Positions 12,420 to 24,851 of a stretch of 57,138 nucleotides of DNA are shown piece after piece. Source of the DNA: Octopus bimaculoides (taxonomy: Eukaryota); the NCBI RefSeq assembly GCF_001194135.2, contig NC_068985.1, positions 111,673,425-111,730,562 of the forward strand, given 5' to 3'. The position numbers were made by a program, and so were the translations under genes. The notes under the pieces are model-generated. The model worked only from the letters and a program-made list of their open reading frames with translations. It was not told the origin of the DNA and ran no database searches. The first letter of the stretch is position 1, and the number at the start of each line of letters is the position of its first letter.

Positions 12420-13190
12420 TTTTGGAATTTCAGGAAAATTTTCCGCAACGATTTTCAACCTGGAGTCAATAAGTTTATCACAACATTTGTCCCGAAAGTA
12501 AAAACGACTTCTCATATTTCAAAGTAAATGTTTCCAACCAAAATATTCCCTTGCCCACTGGCTCAGAGGAATGAGAAATCACCTTTTTCAGCTTCTTTCC
12601 ATTTTTTGTCTTCAGGGAGGAAATTTTCTTTTTTCAAAATTTATCAAATAACTACACAAAAAATTCAAACGATTTATAGAAGAACATACCTGATCATGGA
12701 CACTCAAAATTTCCTTAATGTCCGCACCAAATAATACTAATTTTGAACGATAGTGTTCGATAATAGCTTCCATTATGTTAAATGAATTGCTCTCACCAAT
12801 CAATTTCAACTTCTGAATCAACGAATCGTCAGGCTGTGATGCACACATTGGTATATTTGATGTAAGACCGTCCGGTGTAACTTTTTCTAGTTTGCATGTT
12901 TCCAGAAATGATAAATGGCTTTTGATTTTAGCACAAAAACGATTAAGTTATTCAAATGATAGAAAAATCGATTTCTCATTTTCTGATTCGTATTTGAATG
13001 GTACAAAATCCATTGGTCCAGGATTGGGCTCAACACTGGGCTCTAGTGAAGCTAACAGGGGTGGCAAGCCAACTGTAAGAAGGAATACAACGCAAAATCT
13101 GTAATTTACATTACAATTTTCCTTAGACACACGGCTGTTTTGGTAACTTCCAGAATTTCTAAATGTTCGAAGTAACATAAAAACCAATCA
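12420..13190 (-). pseudogene. Decayed ORF: 2A-like motif followed by a PLE-type N-terminal domain
   Basis: One frame reads LPPLLASLEPSVEPNPGP-MDFVPF...FE*LNRFCAKIKSHLSFLETCKLEKVTPDGL...EHY... The ORF-track ORFs 12948-13187 and 12612-12848 are in the same frame. After a frameshift comes LKTKNGKKLKKV. Confidence 0.55.
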
Positions 13191-13949
13191 TCTCGTTTTA
13201 CTTGATTTTGATATCTTAAAAGGATTGACGTAATTCCTCACAAAGGTAAATAGACAATACGAAGAACGCGATGCGATTGCAATAGATATTTTATTGGTTG
13301 AACGATATTTCGACAGCTTGCCTGTCTTTCTCGAGTTCAAAATAAAAAGTGATATGAATTCAAAATTATAGAAATTCAAATCTAAAATATGAACGAGAGC
13401 AACCAGCGTCCACACACTGATGGAATGGTATCATCAGTTTTTAAGTTTCAATTTTAAAACTAACGGAAAGAAAAGGCAGAAAAAAGGACAGAGAAAAGTT
13501 AAAAGAACAAGAATATCTGATCAAACAGTTTTGTGTAGATTTGATGAAATTCTCCTGTTATTTTATTCATTCCTCCTGGGCGTGATGTTAATAACCCGCA
13601 AACATATTACTCCTCGTGCATTTTGAGTATTGAAAGTATAGCAGATTCAGAATATTTTCTTAGAATATGTACTTTCAAGTCTTTTTCAAAACTGCAGCCG
13701 TTTGAAGTAAAATGTTCGGCAAGCTTTGTTCAACTACTGTCATTATGCCTGACGTCATATCTGTGCCCATTAAATCTTCCGTTTAAATGTTCTGCTGTTC
13801 AACCAACATAAATCAAATTGTGTTTCGTGCATTCTGCAGCGTACATCAAATGGGAATCTCTACATGTCGCATCTTCTATATAAATCATAACATTTCTGTT
13901 ATGGTTCCTGATGGAATTTACTTGACTAATGTCGATGCACAACGGACAG

Positions 13950-14157
13950 AGCTTACTTCTTTACTATAGGCAAAGACCTGAAATTTCTGGGACGGGAGTG
14001 AGTCGATCACATCGACCCCAGTACATGACTGGAACTTAATTTATTGGCCACGAAAGGATGAAAGGCAAAGTTGACTTTGGTAGAATTTGAACTCAGAACG
14101 TAAATACCTCTAAGCATTTTGCCAGGTATGTTAATGATTCTGCCAGCTTACCGCCTA
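13950..14157 (-). mobile_element. SINE type B, abutting (AAT)n
   Basis: Full head-to-tail match to the other B copies. Confidence 0.88.
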
Positions 14158-14261
<104 letters not shown>

Positions 14262-14862
14262 NNNNNNNNNNNNNNNNNNNNNNNNNNNNNNNNNNNNNNN
14301 NNNNNNNNNNNNNNNNNNNNNNNNNNNNNNNNNNNNNNNNNNNNNNNNNNNNNNNNNNNNNNNNNNNNNNNNNNNNNNNNNNNNNNNNNNNNNNNNNNNN
14401 NNNNNNNNNNNNNNNNNNNNNNNNNNNNNNNNNNNNNNNNNNNNNNNNNNNNNNNNNNNNNNNNNNNNNNNNNNNNNNNNNNNNNNNNNNNNNNNNNNNN
14501 NNNNNNNNNNNNNNNNNNNNNNNNNNNNNNNNNNNNNNNNNNNNNNNNNNNNNNNNNNNNNNNNNNNNNNNNNNNNNNNNNNNNNNNNNNNNNNNNNNNN
14601 NNNNNNNNNNNNNNNNNNNNNNNNNNNNNNNNNNNNNNNNNNNNNNNNNNNNNNNNNNNNNNNNNNNNNNNNNNNNNNNNNNNNNNNNNNNNNNNNNNNN
14701 NNNNNNNNNNNNNNNNNNNNNNNNNNNNNNNNNNNNNNNNNNNNNNNNNNNNNNNNNNNNNNNNNNNNNNNNNNNNNNNNNNNNNNNNNNNNNNNNNNNN
14801 NNNNNNNNNNNNNNNNNNNNNNNNNNNNNNNNNNNNNNNNNNNNNNNNNNNNTAGATAAATA

Positions 14863-15026
14863 GGCGCAGGCATGGCTGTGTGGTGAGAAGCTTGCTTCTC
14901 AACCACATGGTCCCGGGTTCAATCCCACTGCGTAGCACCTTGGGTAAATGTCTTCTGCTATAGCCTCGGGCAGACCAGAGGCTTGTGGGTGGATTTGTTG
15001 ACGGAAACTGAAAGAAGCCTGTCGTA

Positions 15027-15064
<38 letters not shown>

Positions 15065-15290
15065 ATGTACGTATTTTTGTGTCTGTGCTTGCTCCCCACC
15101 TATCCACCATCACTTGACAACGGATATTGGTGTATTTACGGCTATGTAACTTGGCGGTTCGGCGAAAGAGACCGATAAAATAAGTACCAGGCTTACAAAG
15201 AATAAGTCCTGGGGTCGATTTACTCGACTAAAAGCAAGTGCTCCAGCATGGCTGCAGTCAAATGACTGAAACAAAATAAAGAATAAAAGA
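14863..15290 (+). mobile_element. SINE type A, full length (~420 bp, internal (GT)n)
   Basis: GGCGCAGGCATGGCTGTGTGG (A box)...GGGTTCAATCC (B box)...CACCTTGGGTAAATG...tail GTGCTCCAGCATGGCTGCAGTCAAATGACTGAAAC. Confidence 0.92.
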
Positions 15291-15349
15291 ATCAATAAAT
15301 ATCTAAATAAATAAATAGACACAGACATGGCTGTATGGTTAACAAGCTC

Positions 15350-15445
15350 AGTAGCAGACAATATGTGTATCTTTGATCATGAGCAGGAGTAGTGGGGGAG
15401 CATCATAGCCATGTGCAGAGAGGGTTTCTTTGGGATTTGAATAAA
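15350..15445 (+). mobile_element. Fragment of repeat E
   Basis: Matches the reverse complement of about 26215-26310. Confidence 0.7.
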
Positions 15446-15639
15446 CGTAGAAGAAAAGTTTGAAGGAAATATCAGCCATTTTTCATACTTACTAGGGGTT
15501 AGCAAATGGGAAATAGCAGTTGCTTCCCAAGGACAAAAATCGTGTTACACAATGTTGTTTTAACTGTGAAATTTATGCTTTTCTGTTTTTTATTCTAAAT
15601 ACAAGTTTATATTTTCGGTACGTTTGACGTTAAGTAAAT

Positions 15640-16065
15640 TAGTTTCAAATTTTAGCACAACTTTTGAGGGGTGGGAGAGTTAGTCGATTACATCGACCCC
15701 AGTGCTCAACTAGTACTTATTTTATCGAGTCCGAAGGGATAAAAGGTAAATTCGACCTCGGCGGAATTTGAACCCAGAACGTAAAGACAGACGAAATGCT
15801 ACTAAAGATTTTCTCCAACGTGCTAATGATTCTTATTTATTTACTGCCCACAAGAGGCTACACACAGAGGGGACAAACAAGGACAGACAAACGGATTAAG
15901 TCGATTATATCGACCTCAGAGCGTAACTGGTACTTATTTAATCGACACCGAAAGGATGAAAGGCAAAGTCGACCTCGGCGGAATTTGATCTCAGAACGTA
16001 GCGGCAGACGAAATACCGCTAAGCATTTCACCCGGTGTGCTAATGATTCTATCAGCTCACCGCAT
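15640..16065 (-). mobile_element. Two tandem SINE type B copies
   Basis: Two successive AAGGCAAAGTCGACCTCGGCGGAATTTGA..CAGAACG cores at about 15745 and 15960. Confidence 0.88.
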
Positions 16066-16892
16066 TAGATTTGTAACATGTCATAATCCAAACAAAAGAA
16101 CCCTTCTAAATATTCCATTGTCTTTCGAAACAAAGGTAGGCTCTTGATATTTTCTTTCTCATTAAGCGCATCGTAATCTNNNNNNNNNNNNNNNNNNNNN
16201 NNNNNNNNNNNNNNNNNNNNNNNNNNNNNNNNNNNNNNNNNNNNNNNNNNNNNNNNNNNNNNNNNNNNNNNNNNNNNNNNNNNNNNNNNNNNNNNNNNNN
16301 NNNNNNNNNNNNNNNNNNNNNNNNNNNNNNNNNNNNNNNNNNNNNNNNNNNNNNNNNNNNNNNNNNNNNNNNNNNNNNNNNNNNNNNNNNNNNNNNNNNN
16401 NNNNNNNNNNNNNNNNNNNNNNNNNNNNNNNNNNNNNNNNNNNNNNNNNNNNNNNNNNNNNNNNNNNNNNNNNNNNNNNNNNNNNNNNNNNNNNNNNNNN
16501 NNNNNNNNNNNNNNNNNNNNNNNNNNNNNNNNNNNNNNNNNNNNNNNNNNNNNNNNNNNNNNNNNNNNNNNNNNNNNNNNNNNNNNNNNNNNNNNNNNNN
16601 NNNNNATATATATATATATATATATATATATATACGTATATGTACACGCTCGTGCATCCTCCCATACACACGCCGCACACTCATATGTATAACTTAGAGA
16701 AGAGAAAGCGAGTAAAAGTTGTAACATCGGCATCGCCTGCGTGTTTCGAAAGCCGCATCTGCTGCAAAATTTAGATAGATAGATAGATCGATAGATAGAT
16801 CGATAGATAGATAGATAGATACATAGATACATAGATATATTGATATATACAGAATAGTTATAGTCAGTATTATGATATGAAAGAATAAATAC

Positions 16893-16986
<94 letters not shown>

Positions 16987-17258
16987 CAGTATTCTTGTAT
17001 TGATGTTCTGTCCACCCACGTTATAACAGCCCTACCTTACAAACCTCCCCCTATCCAATCTCTTCAGTGACCTTATCATTACAGCCAATTTAATAATCAA
17101 CTAATGAATAATTAAGAAATCTCCTATCAGCTTCATTATATCAGAATTATCTATGGTGCATTGTCTCCGTTATTGTTGCACGCTGTCTTGTTTTCTGGGC
17201 TTCTCCTTTACTATTCGCTATTGAAGCTGCGATGTCTACGCTCACGTATGTGCATGTG

Positions 17259-17290
<32 letters not shown>

Positions 17291-17840
17291 TGTATACACG
17301 TTTGTATGTGTGTGTATATCCATGTATATATATGTTTGTAAATATATATACATACATACATATACATATATATATATNNNNNNNNNNNNNNNNNNNNNNN
17401 NNNNNNNNNNNNNNNNNNNNNNNNNNNNNNNNNNNNNNNNNNNNNNNNNNNNNNNNNNNNNNNNNNNNNNNNNNNNNNNNNNNNNNNNNNNNNNNNNNNN
17501 NNNNNNNNNNNNNNNNNNNNNNNNNNNNNNNNNNNNNNNNNNNNNNNNNNNNNNNNNNNNNNNNNNNNNNNNNNNNNNNNNNNNNNNNNNNNNNNNNNNN
17601 NNNNNNNNNNNNNNNNNNNNNNNNNNNNNNNNNNNNNNNNNNNNNNNNNNNNNNNNNNNNNNNNNNNNNNNNNNNNNNNNNNNNNNNNNNNNNNNNNNNN
17701 NNNNNNNNNNNNNNNNNNTATATTCACGTATATTCGTACATATTATATTTGCCTATTCACTCATTGTTCTTATAGTTGTTGTTGTTTTTGCTGTTGTTGT
17801 TATTATTCTTCCTTATTATTATTATTATTATTATTATAAC

Positions 17841-17873
<33 letters not shown>

Positions 17874-18489
17874 GATGATGATGATGATGATGATTTCTAG
17901 CACTGTCATTGTTTCCTTGTTTCTAATGCGTTGTTGTTTCGGGTTTTGCGTTATTGGAACAATGATCAGATTGGCCTATATACATTATAGCTCTACTGAT
18001 GACGAGAATATTATAAGCTCAATTAAACATTTCAATACCGGAAGCCTTTTCCAAGAAAAATAACATACCATGACCTGTAATGGTATTGTAACTAATAATT
18101 GTCACCTTAGTAATAAATGTCTTTGGAATGCCTTAAAATTCTTGTACTGAAGTTCAAACGGTTAATTATCCTACACCTAGAAGTTGTATTGGTTTGACCA
18201 TGAACTAGCTTCAACTCCACTCTTAATAACACATTCGTTAATTCTTAAAGCCATTCCAAGCATGTTTAAATTAAGCAAACTAATTATTGCGCATGCTTGT
18301 CTTTTATATGTGGTAACTTTCGTTCAAATTTACGCCGCAAACTTTGACAGTCGGAAATTAATAATTCTATATCAAGATATTAATGAATTAAAAGAAAGAT
18401 CTGAGATGTCCGGCTGTTGTAGGCACGTTTCAAAATATCTACTTTTCAATTATACACCCACAAGAGGATGTTCCAGGAATATTCTTGAA

Positions 18490-18625
18490 ATCATCATCAT
18501 CATTATTTAACGTCCGTTGTCCATGCTGGCATGGGTTGGACGGTTTAACCAGGGCTGGCAAGCTGAGTGGCTGCACCAGACTCCAGTCTGATTTGGCATT
18601 GTTTCTACGGCTGGATTCCCTTCAG
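18490..18625 (-). mobile_element. RTE-type LINE/SINE 3' end with (GAT)n tail
   Basis: CATCATCATCATTATTTAACGTCCG...TTTCTACGGCTGGATTCCCTT on the + strand, which I recall as a typical RTE 3' terminus. Confidence 0.6.
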
Positions 18626-18649
18626 ATCTGATCACCCCCATTTTTAAAT

Positions 18650-18962
18650 ATAACCTGGCTCTCCGTCGATTACAATGTAGAGTGTTCCGGTTGATACGAT
18701 CGACCGAACGACCTTCTCGTGAAATTAACGTGCAAGTGGCTGAGCGCTCCACAGACATCCGTACCCTTAACGTAGTTGTCTAGGAAATTCCTTGTGACAC
18801 AGAATATGATAACGTTGACCCTTTGAATTACAGGTACAACTCATTTTTACCAGTAAATTGAAATAAAGTGTCTTTCTGAAAGGCACAACGCGCCGCCGGG
18901 AGTCGAACTCACAGCTTTACGATCGTCAGCCGAAGACCCTAACCTCTAATGCACGCGCCTTC
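18650..18962 (-). mobile_element. tRNA-derived SINE type C
   Basis: GAAGGCGCGTGCATTAGAGGTTAGGG (A box)...GAGTTCGACTCC (B box)...GCGTTGTGCCTT...GACACTTTATTTCA. Confidence 0.8.
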
Positions 18963-19249
18963 ATTTTTCTTTCTTTTGAATAGATTGTACTTAAAAGTGT
19001 TATTATCCTTGGATTGTTTGCTTTTTTTGTTTTGTTATTTTGTTTTATTCTTTAAAATCGTAATTATCGATTTCTTGGTATCTGAAAACTTTTCAACAGA
19101 TACAAGTGGCAACAAAGTCATAATTTCGTTTCTGGTCTCCTAAGATGAGACTTTCAGCATGAGAAATGAATTGCTATGAAAGACTAACAACAGGGGGAGT
19201 TTCTGTGCTTGTGCTCGGTACAACTCTCCGGATTTGGATGGTCTGTTCT

Positions 19250-19700
19250 CCGGCTTTTACATTTGCATGTCCAGATTTGTTATCTCTGGTCACGAGAGAG
19301 GTCCCTTCCAAATGACAACAAACTAAATGCATTCCTAGTTGTGTAAGTTGGGCTGCTTAAGACACAACAGAAGACGAAAGGGAATTAGCGAGGTGACACT
19401 GATAATTTCAGGCCCGTAACACTGTTGTATACATGTTATACATTGGAGTGAAGATACGGCAAAAAGGAAAGAAGGCTTGTCGTCAGTAGGTTTACCAGTT
19501 CTTTATATACCCCCAGCGATCTCTGCAAATTTATTATCCAGACAATACATCGCAAAGATTGTTAGAAACATGTCTAAATTTGATGAATCAATCCAAAGCT
19601 TTCGACAGAGCCGACTACCTCCGTTTAGCATCTCGGTTTCTATCCTTTTTCTTTTTTTAGACAGGGTAGATTAAAGAAACATATATAATTGAACATTTGC
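19250..19700 (+). mobile_element. Decayed L1/Tx1-like RT fragment
   Basis: ..QSKAFDRADY.. resembles the L1/Tx1 motif DQSKAFDRVDH. Boundaries are approximate. Confidence 0.45.
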
Positions 19701-20374
19701 TCGATACACGAAATCACGCTTTCACGTGGCATTCCAAAGCTAGCAAAAAAAAAAAAGAAAATGTAGCAGCGTATAAATATTGGTACAGAAATTTTCTTTT
19801 GTTTTTTCAGTTCCCCGTTTCTCTTGGGACAAATCTCATATACATACATACATATACATATGTATGTATATCCCACGCTGTACCATAATTTACACACCAT
19901 ATATACTATGCATGATACAGTCTATACAATAACAAAGCAATGATAACTGAATATCTATTGTCATACATCCTATGTATCGAAAATAAAATAAAGTAAAACA
20001 AATGAAAATAATGATAAACCTTTTCTCAAGCTNNNNNNNNNNNNNNNNNNNNNNNNNNNNNNNNNNNNNNNNNNNNNNNNNNNNNNNNNNNNNNNNNNNN
20101 NNNNNNNNNNNNNNNNNNNNNNNNNNNNNNNNNNNNNNNNNNNNNNNNNNNNNNNNNNNNNNNNNNNNNNNNNNNNNNNNNNNNNNNNNNNNNNNNNNNN
20201 NNNNNNNNNNNNNNNNNNNNNNNNNNNNNNNNNNNNNNNNNNNNNNNNNNNNNNNNNNNNNNNNNNNNNNNNNNNNNNNNNNNNNNNNNNNNNNNNNNNN
20301 NNNNNNNNNNNNNNNNNNNNNNNNNNNNNNNNNNNNNNNNNNNNNNNNNNNNNNNNNNNNNNNNNNNNNNNNNN

Positions 20375-20474
<100 letters not shown>

Positions 20475-20890
20475 CATACATGTATATATGTATGTATGAA
20501 CGTATGTTTGTATGTATGTATATCCCACGCTGTACCATAATTTACACACCATATATACTATGCATGATACAGTCTATACAATAACAAAGCAATGATAACT
20601 GAATATCTATTGTCATACATCCTATGTATCGAAAATAAAATAAAGTAAAACAAATGAAAATAATGATAAACCTTTTCTCAAGCTCTGAGAGTAGCTAAAG
20701 AACAAGAAGTGATTTACAAACATTGGTAAGAAATATATAAATTAACATCGCCCGATGAAACAACACGTGAGCACATAGGATACCTTTTAGGTAGAGAGAA
20801 TAGAAACATGAGTTACAGTCAAATATTTATTATCAAACAAGGAGTGTCAACAAGCGTTAGAGTCGTTAGAAGTTTGGTAGTATGCTTCAC

Positions 20891-21422
20891 TCATGATCGT
20901 AAGATTGTGGTTTCGATTCCTGGACCGGGCGACGCGTTGTGTTCTTGAGTAAAACACTTCATTTCACGTTGCTCCAGTCCACTCAGCTGGCAAAAATGAG
21001 TAACGTTGCGATGGACTGGCGTGTCCCGTCCAGCTGCGAAACACATACGCCATTGAAACCGGGAAACTAGGCCAATGAGCCTGGTAAGGCTTTAAAAGGG
21101 CGCAAGGAGGCGCGATGGCCCAGTGGTTAGGGCAGAGGACTCGTGGTCGGAGGATTGCGGTTTCGATTCCCAGACCGGGCGTTGTGTGTGTTTATTGAGC
21201 GAAAATACCTAAAGCTCCACGAGGTTCCGGCAGGGGTTGGTAGCGACCCCTGTTGTACTGTTTCACCCCAACTTTCTCTCACTCTTTCTTCCTGTTTCTT
21301 GAGTAAAGCTGCGATGGACTGGCGTCCTGTCCAGTTGGGGGAAACGCATATGCCATAGAAACCGGAAAACCGGGCCCGTGAGCCTGGTTAGGCTTTAAAA
21401 GGGCGCATAAATAAAATAAAAA
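20891..21422 (+). mobile_element. SINE dimer (5'-truncated C-head unit 20891-21104 plus full type D unit 21105-21422) inserted in an old type B SINE
   Basis: Both units end in CTTTAAAAGGGCGCA. Unit 2 has A box TGGCCCAGTGG and B box GGTTTCGATTCC. A 12-bp direct repeat AGTATGCTTCAC lies at 20879-20890 and 21423-21434. Confidence 0.85.
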
Positions 21423-22399
21423 AGTATGCTTCACGACTATTATTCCAGCTCTCTCCGTACTGAGTTCAAATTCTGCCTAGGTCAGTTTTATTTTCATTCT
21501 ATTGGATCGATAAAATAAGGTTCCAATCAAAGATTGTAGATTGGCAGAAGTGTAAGAACGTTGTACGGGATTCCTTATGCAATTGTTTTCCGGCTCTTTG
21601 CGTTCGTAGTCCAAATCCTGCTGAGGTCAACTTTTCACTTCATTCTTTTGGGTTCGGTAAAGTGCAAATCCTCAATGCGCTGATATATAGGACTGGATGC
21701 CTTATGGTGTTTGTTCCGCTTTTCGTGCTCTGAGTTCGAATCTAGCCATGCCTTACTTGGGTAGTAAGTAGACTTAACCCGTAGCTCCATTTAACACCAC
21801 CACATGACACTTTTAGTGCCTTTAGCGATGTCCACTTGACTCAGGTCAAGTCTACCGTCTGAAGACACCTTTATTCTTCTGACTCATTTCCGAGGCTCTC
21901 TAATACTGCCTTCCTTCCTGATTAAAGATTTTTTAAAATATCAAAGCACAAAATGCAAAACATTTCTACTATAAAAATATGCCTGTAAGCATGTGTCTGT
22001 GTGTCTGTACGTGCGTGTGTGTGTGCGTGTGTGAGTGTTTTACTTCTACGTGTGTGTTTTGCCTCTACGTGTGTGTTTTGCCTCCGTGCGTGTTTGACCG
22101 TTGCTACTTTGTGTGTGTGTGTGTGTGTTTATGCTTGTGTCAGTAAATATACATACATGCGTGCACGCATCGGCAGGCGTCACCGTAGCATGACGCATCA
22201 TCGAAACACGAGTTGCCATGGGTGGGTGAACAGGTGGTTTGATGATACATCACATTGTGTTGACATAGAGCGTCCTTACCTTCTCTGGCAGGCGTTCTTT
22301 GTTTGGTCTGGTATGGGGTACGCTGCGCTATTTCGGGTTATAGAATGTGGAGGAAGCAGAGCAGGGTGGGCTCGGCACAAACTTGCTTCACAAATTCAA

Positions 22400-23134
22400 T
22401 GAGAATTTTCGGTGGTTACATTGTCGATCGTGATCAGCATTGTCATTATCATTTTCATCATTATCAGCTTCATTATTAGCATCATAATCGTCATTGTCGA
22501 AGGCGGCGGCGGCGGCGGTGGCGCCGGTGGTGGTGGTGGTGGTGGTGNNNNNNNNNNNNNNNNNNNNNNNNNNNNNNNNNNNNNNNNNNNNNNNNNNNNN
22601 NNNNNNNNNNNNNNNNNNNNNNNNNNNNNNNNNNNNNNNNNNNNNNNNNNNNNNNNNNNNNNNNNNNNNNNNNNNNNNNNNNNNNNNNNNNNNNNNNNNN
22701 NNNNNNNNNNNNNNNNNNNNNNNNNNNNNNNNNNNNNNNNNNNNNNNNNNNNNNNNNNNNNNNNNNNNNNNNNNNNNNNNNNNNNNNNNNNNNNNNNNNN
22801 NNNNNNNNNNNNNNNNNNNNNNNNNNNNNNNNNNNNNNNNNNNNNNNNNNNNNNNNNNNNNNNNNNNNNNNNNNNNNNNNNNNNNNNNNNNNNNNNNNNN
22901 NNNNNNNNNNNNNNNNNNNGGGGTAGCGTCATCATCATCGCTGTTCTCATCACATTCATAGTTCGTCATCATCATCCTCATCATCGTCGTGATCATCATC
23001 ATCATCGTCATCATCATAGCCATCGACATAACCGCCATTGTGGTCGTCGTCGAAGGCTGTGGCCACGATGTGCGCTGTGGTCGCGGTGGCCGCGGTCTTG
23101 GGATCATCGCCCTCATCGTCCGACGATGTCGTCG

Positions 23135-23219
<85 letters not shown>

Positions 23220-23222
23220 CAT
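22400..23222. repeat. Compound (ATC)/(GGC)/(GGT) trinucleotide tract with gap
   Basis: Direct inspection. Confidence 0.85.
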
Positions 23223-23873
23223 ATACATGCTCCATATGTATACAGTATATAAACACACATGCATGTTCATATGTGTATATGTGTGTGTGCGCGTGCGTAT
23301 TTGCGAATGAATTTCATACACTGTTAAATGTCGAACAAATGTTTACATTATTTAAACAAAAGAGGCAGAAACGTGCTACCGAATAAAAAGCACACAAACA
23401 ACACAATAAAAATACGAGTGATCGAAAGCTCTTATTGTCTTTCAGATAAGTACTCTTGATATGAACACGTTTCCCTTTGTCTAACAATATAACACACACT
23501 CATGAGTGTATGTATGTATGTATGTATGTATGTATGAGTGTGTATCTAAGTGCATTTGTGTGTTTTTGTGGTGTGTGAGTTGTGTACCGACAAACGATCG
23601 TTTAATAAAAACTTAAGTTTGTATTTATACATTTATTAGTATTTGATTTCGAATGCATTGTACTGCATTGTAAAAATAATCCTTTTTAAATTTGTGTTAA
23701 GATAAACTTAAATGGTTTTTAGACAGCACCGTCAGTCTTTCGACCAATGCAAACAAATGCCCGTTGAATACTCTGAGTATCTTTGTTGTCTTTGGTGGGG
23801 CATATGAGAACACTGTTACTCAATATCATTATCATTAGCTTCATTATTTCCTTGTTGCATTCATTGTTTAGAA

Positions 23874-23930
<57 letters not shown>

Positions 23931-23964
23931 ATCATCATCATCATCATCATCATCATCATTATTA

Positions 23965-24016
23965 ATCGACTGGCCCCCTCCCAAAGATTTCAAGCTTTGT
24001 GCCTAGAGTAGAAAAG

Positions 24017-24020
<4 letters not shown>
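23965..24020 (+). mobile_element. SINE type B 3' end in (ATT)n
   Basis: TAATCGACTGGCCCCCTCCCAAAGATTTC...TTGTGCCTAGAGTAGAAAAGATTATT. Confidence 0.8.
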
Positions 24021-24082
<62 letters not shown>

Positions 24083-24760
24083 GTTCAGTAGTTTTAGTTT
24101 TATAACGTGCTTTCACTTCACTACCGAGCGCAGCTCTGTGCGCCTTGGGTATGTGCTGTGGTTTGCTGTGGTGCTCTTATGGTTACTGTATTGAAAGTGT
24201 TTTGCGTAGGNNNNNNNNNNNNNNNNNNNNNNNNNNNNNNNNNNNNNNNNNNNNNNNNNNNNNNNNNNNNNNNNNNNNNNNNNNNNNNNNNNNNNNNNNN
24301 NNNNNNNNNNNNNNNNNNNNNNNNNNNNNNNNNNNNNNNNNNNNNNNNNNNNNNNNNNNNNNNNNNNNNTTTTTACCATACCTAAGGCGCCTACTATGAT
24401 AAGAATTGTTTCTATTTTTTGACTCCACATTCGAGTTACCTCTATTTCCAGGTCTTTGTATTTTGAAAGTTTTTCCGTTTCTTTTAGAGAAACGTTGTCA
24501 TCTGCTGGTATTGATACATCAATTAGAAAGCATTTTTTTCTTTATGATCTCTGACAACTATATCTGGTCTATTTGCCTTAATTTCTCTATCTGTGTGCAT
24601 TGGCATATCCCAGAGTATGGTTGCTTTCTCATTTTCTGTGACCTTTTCTGGCGTGTGCCTATACCATCTTTTTTTGTTGTTCTTCCATAGTGTTGGCATA
24701 GCTTCCAGTGTATGTAGGTCCCAACTCTGTCGTGTAAGTGAATATATTCCTTCTTAGCAT
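24083..24760 (-). mobile_element. R4/Dong-like RLE LINE, 5'-truncated (family 1)
   Basis: AKKEYIHLHDRVGTYIHWKLC...WY.HTPEKVTENEKATILWD...NRPDIVV...LIDVSIP...KLSKYKDLEIEVTRMW...IIVGALG...LRKTLSIQ*, then a 3' UTR. (TAA)n on both sides. Confidence 0.9.
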
Positions 24761-24788
24761 ATTATTATTGTTATTATTATTATTATTA

Positions 24789-24831
<43 letters not shown>

Positions 24832-24851
24832 GGCCTGTTGTTGTCGTAGTA

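Noticed and set aside
17990-18040. CTGATGA-CGAG...CTC hammerhead-like start
   Set aside because: There is no GAAA, stem III or stem I in register.
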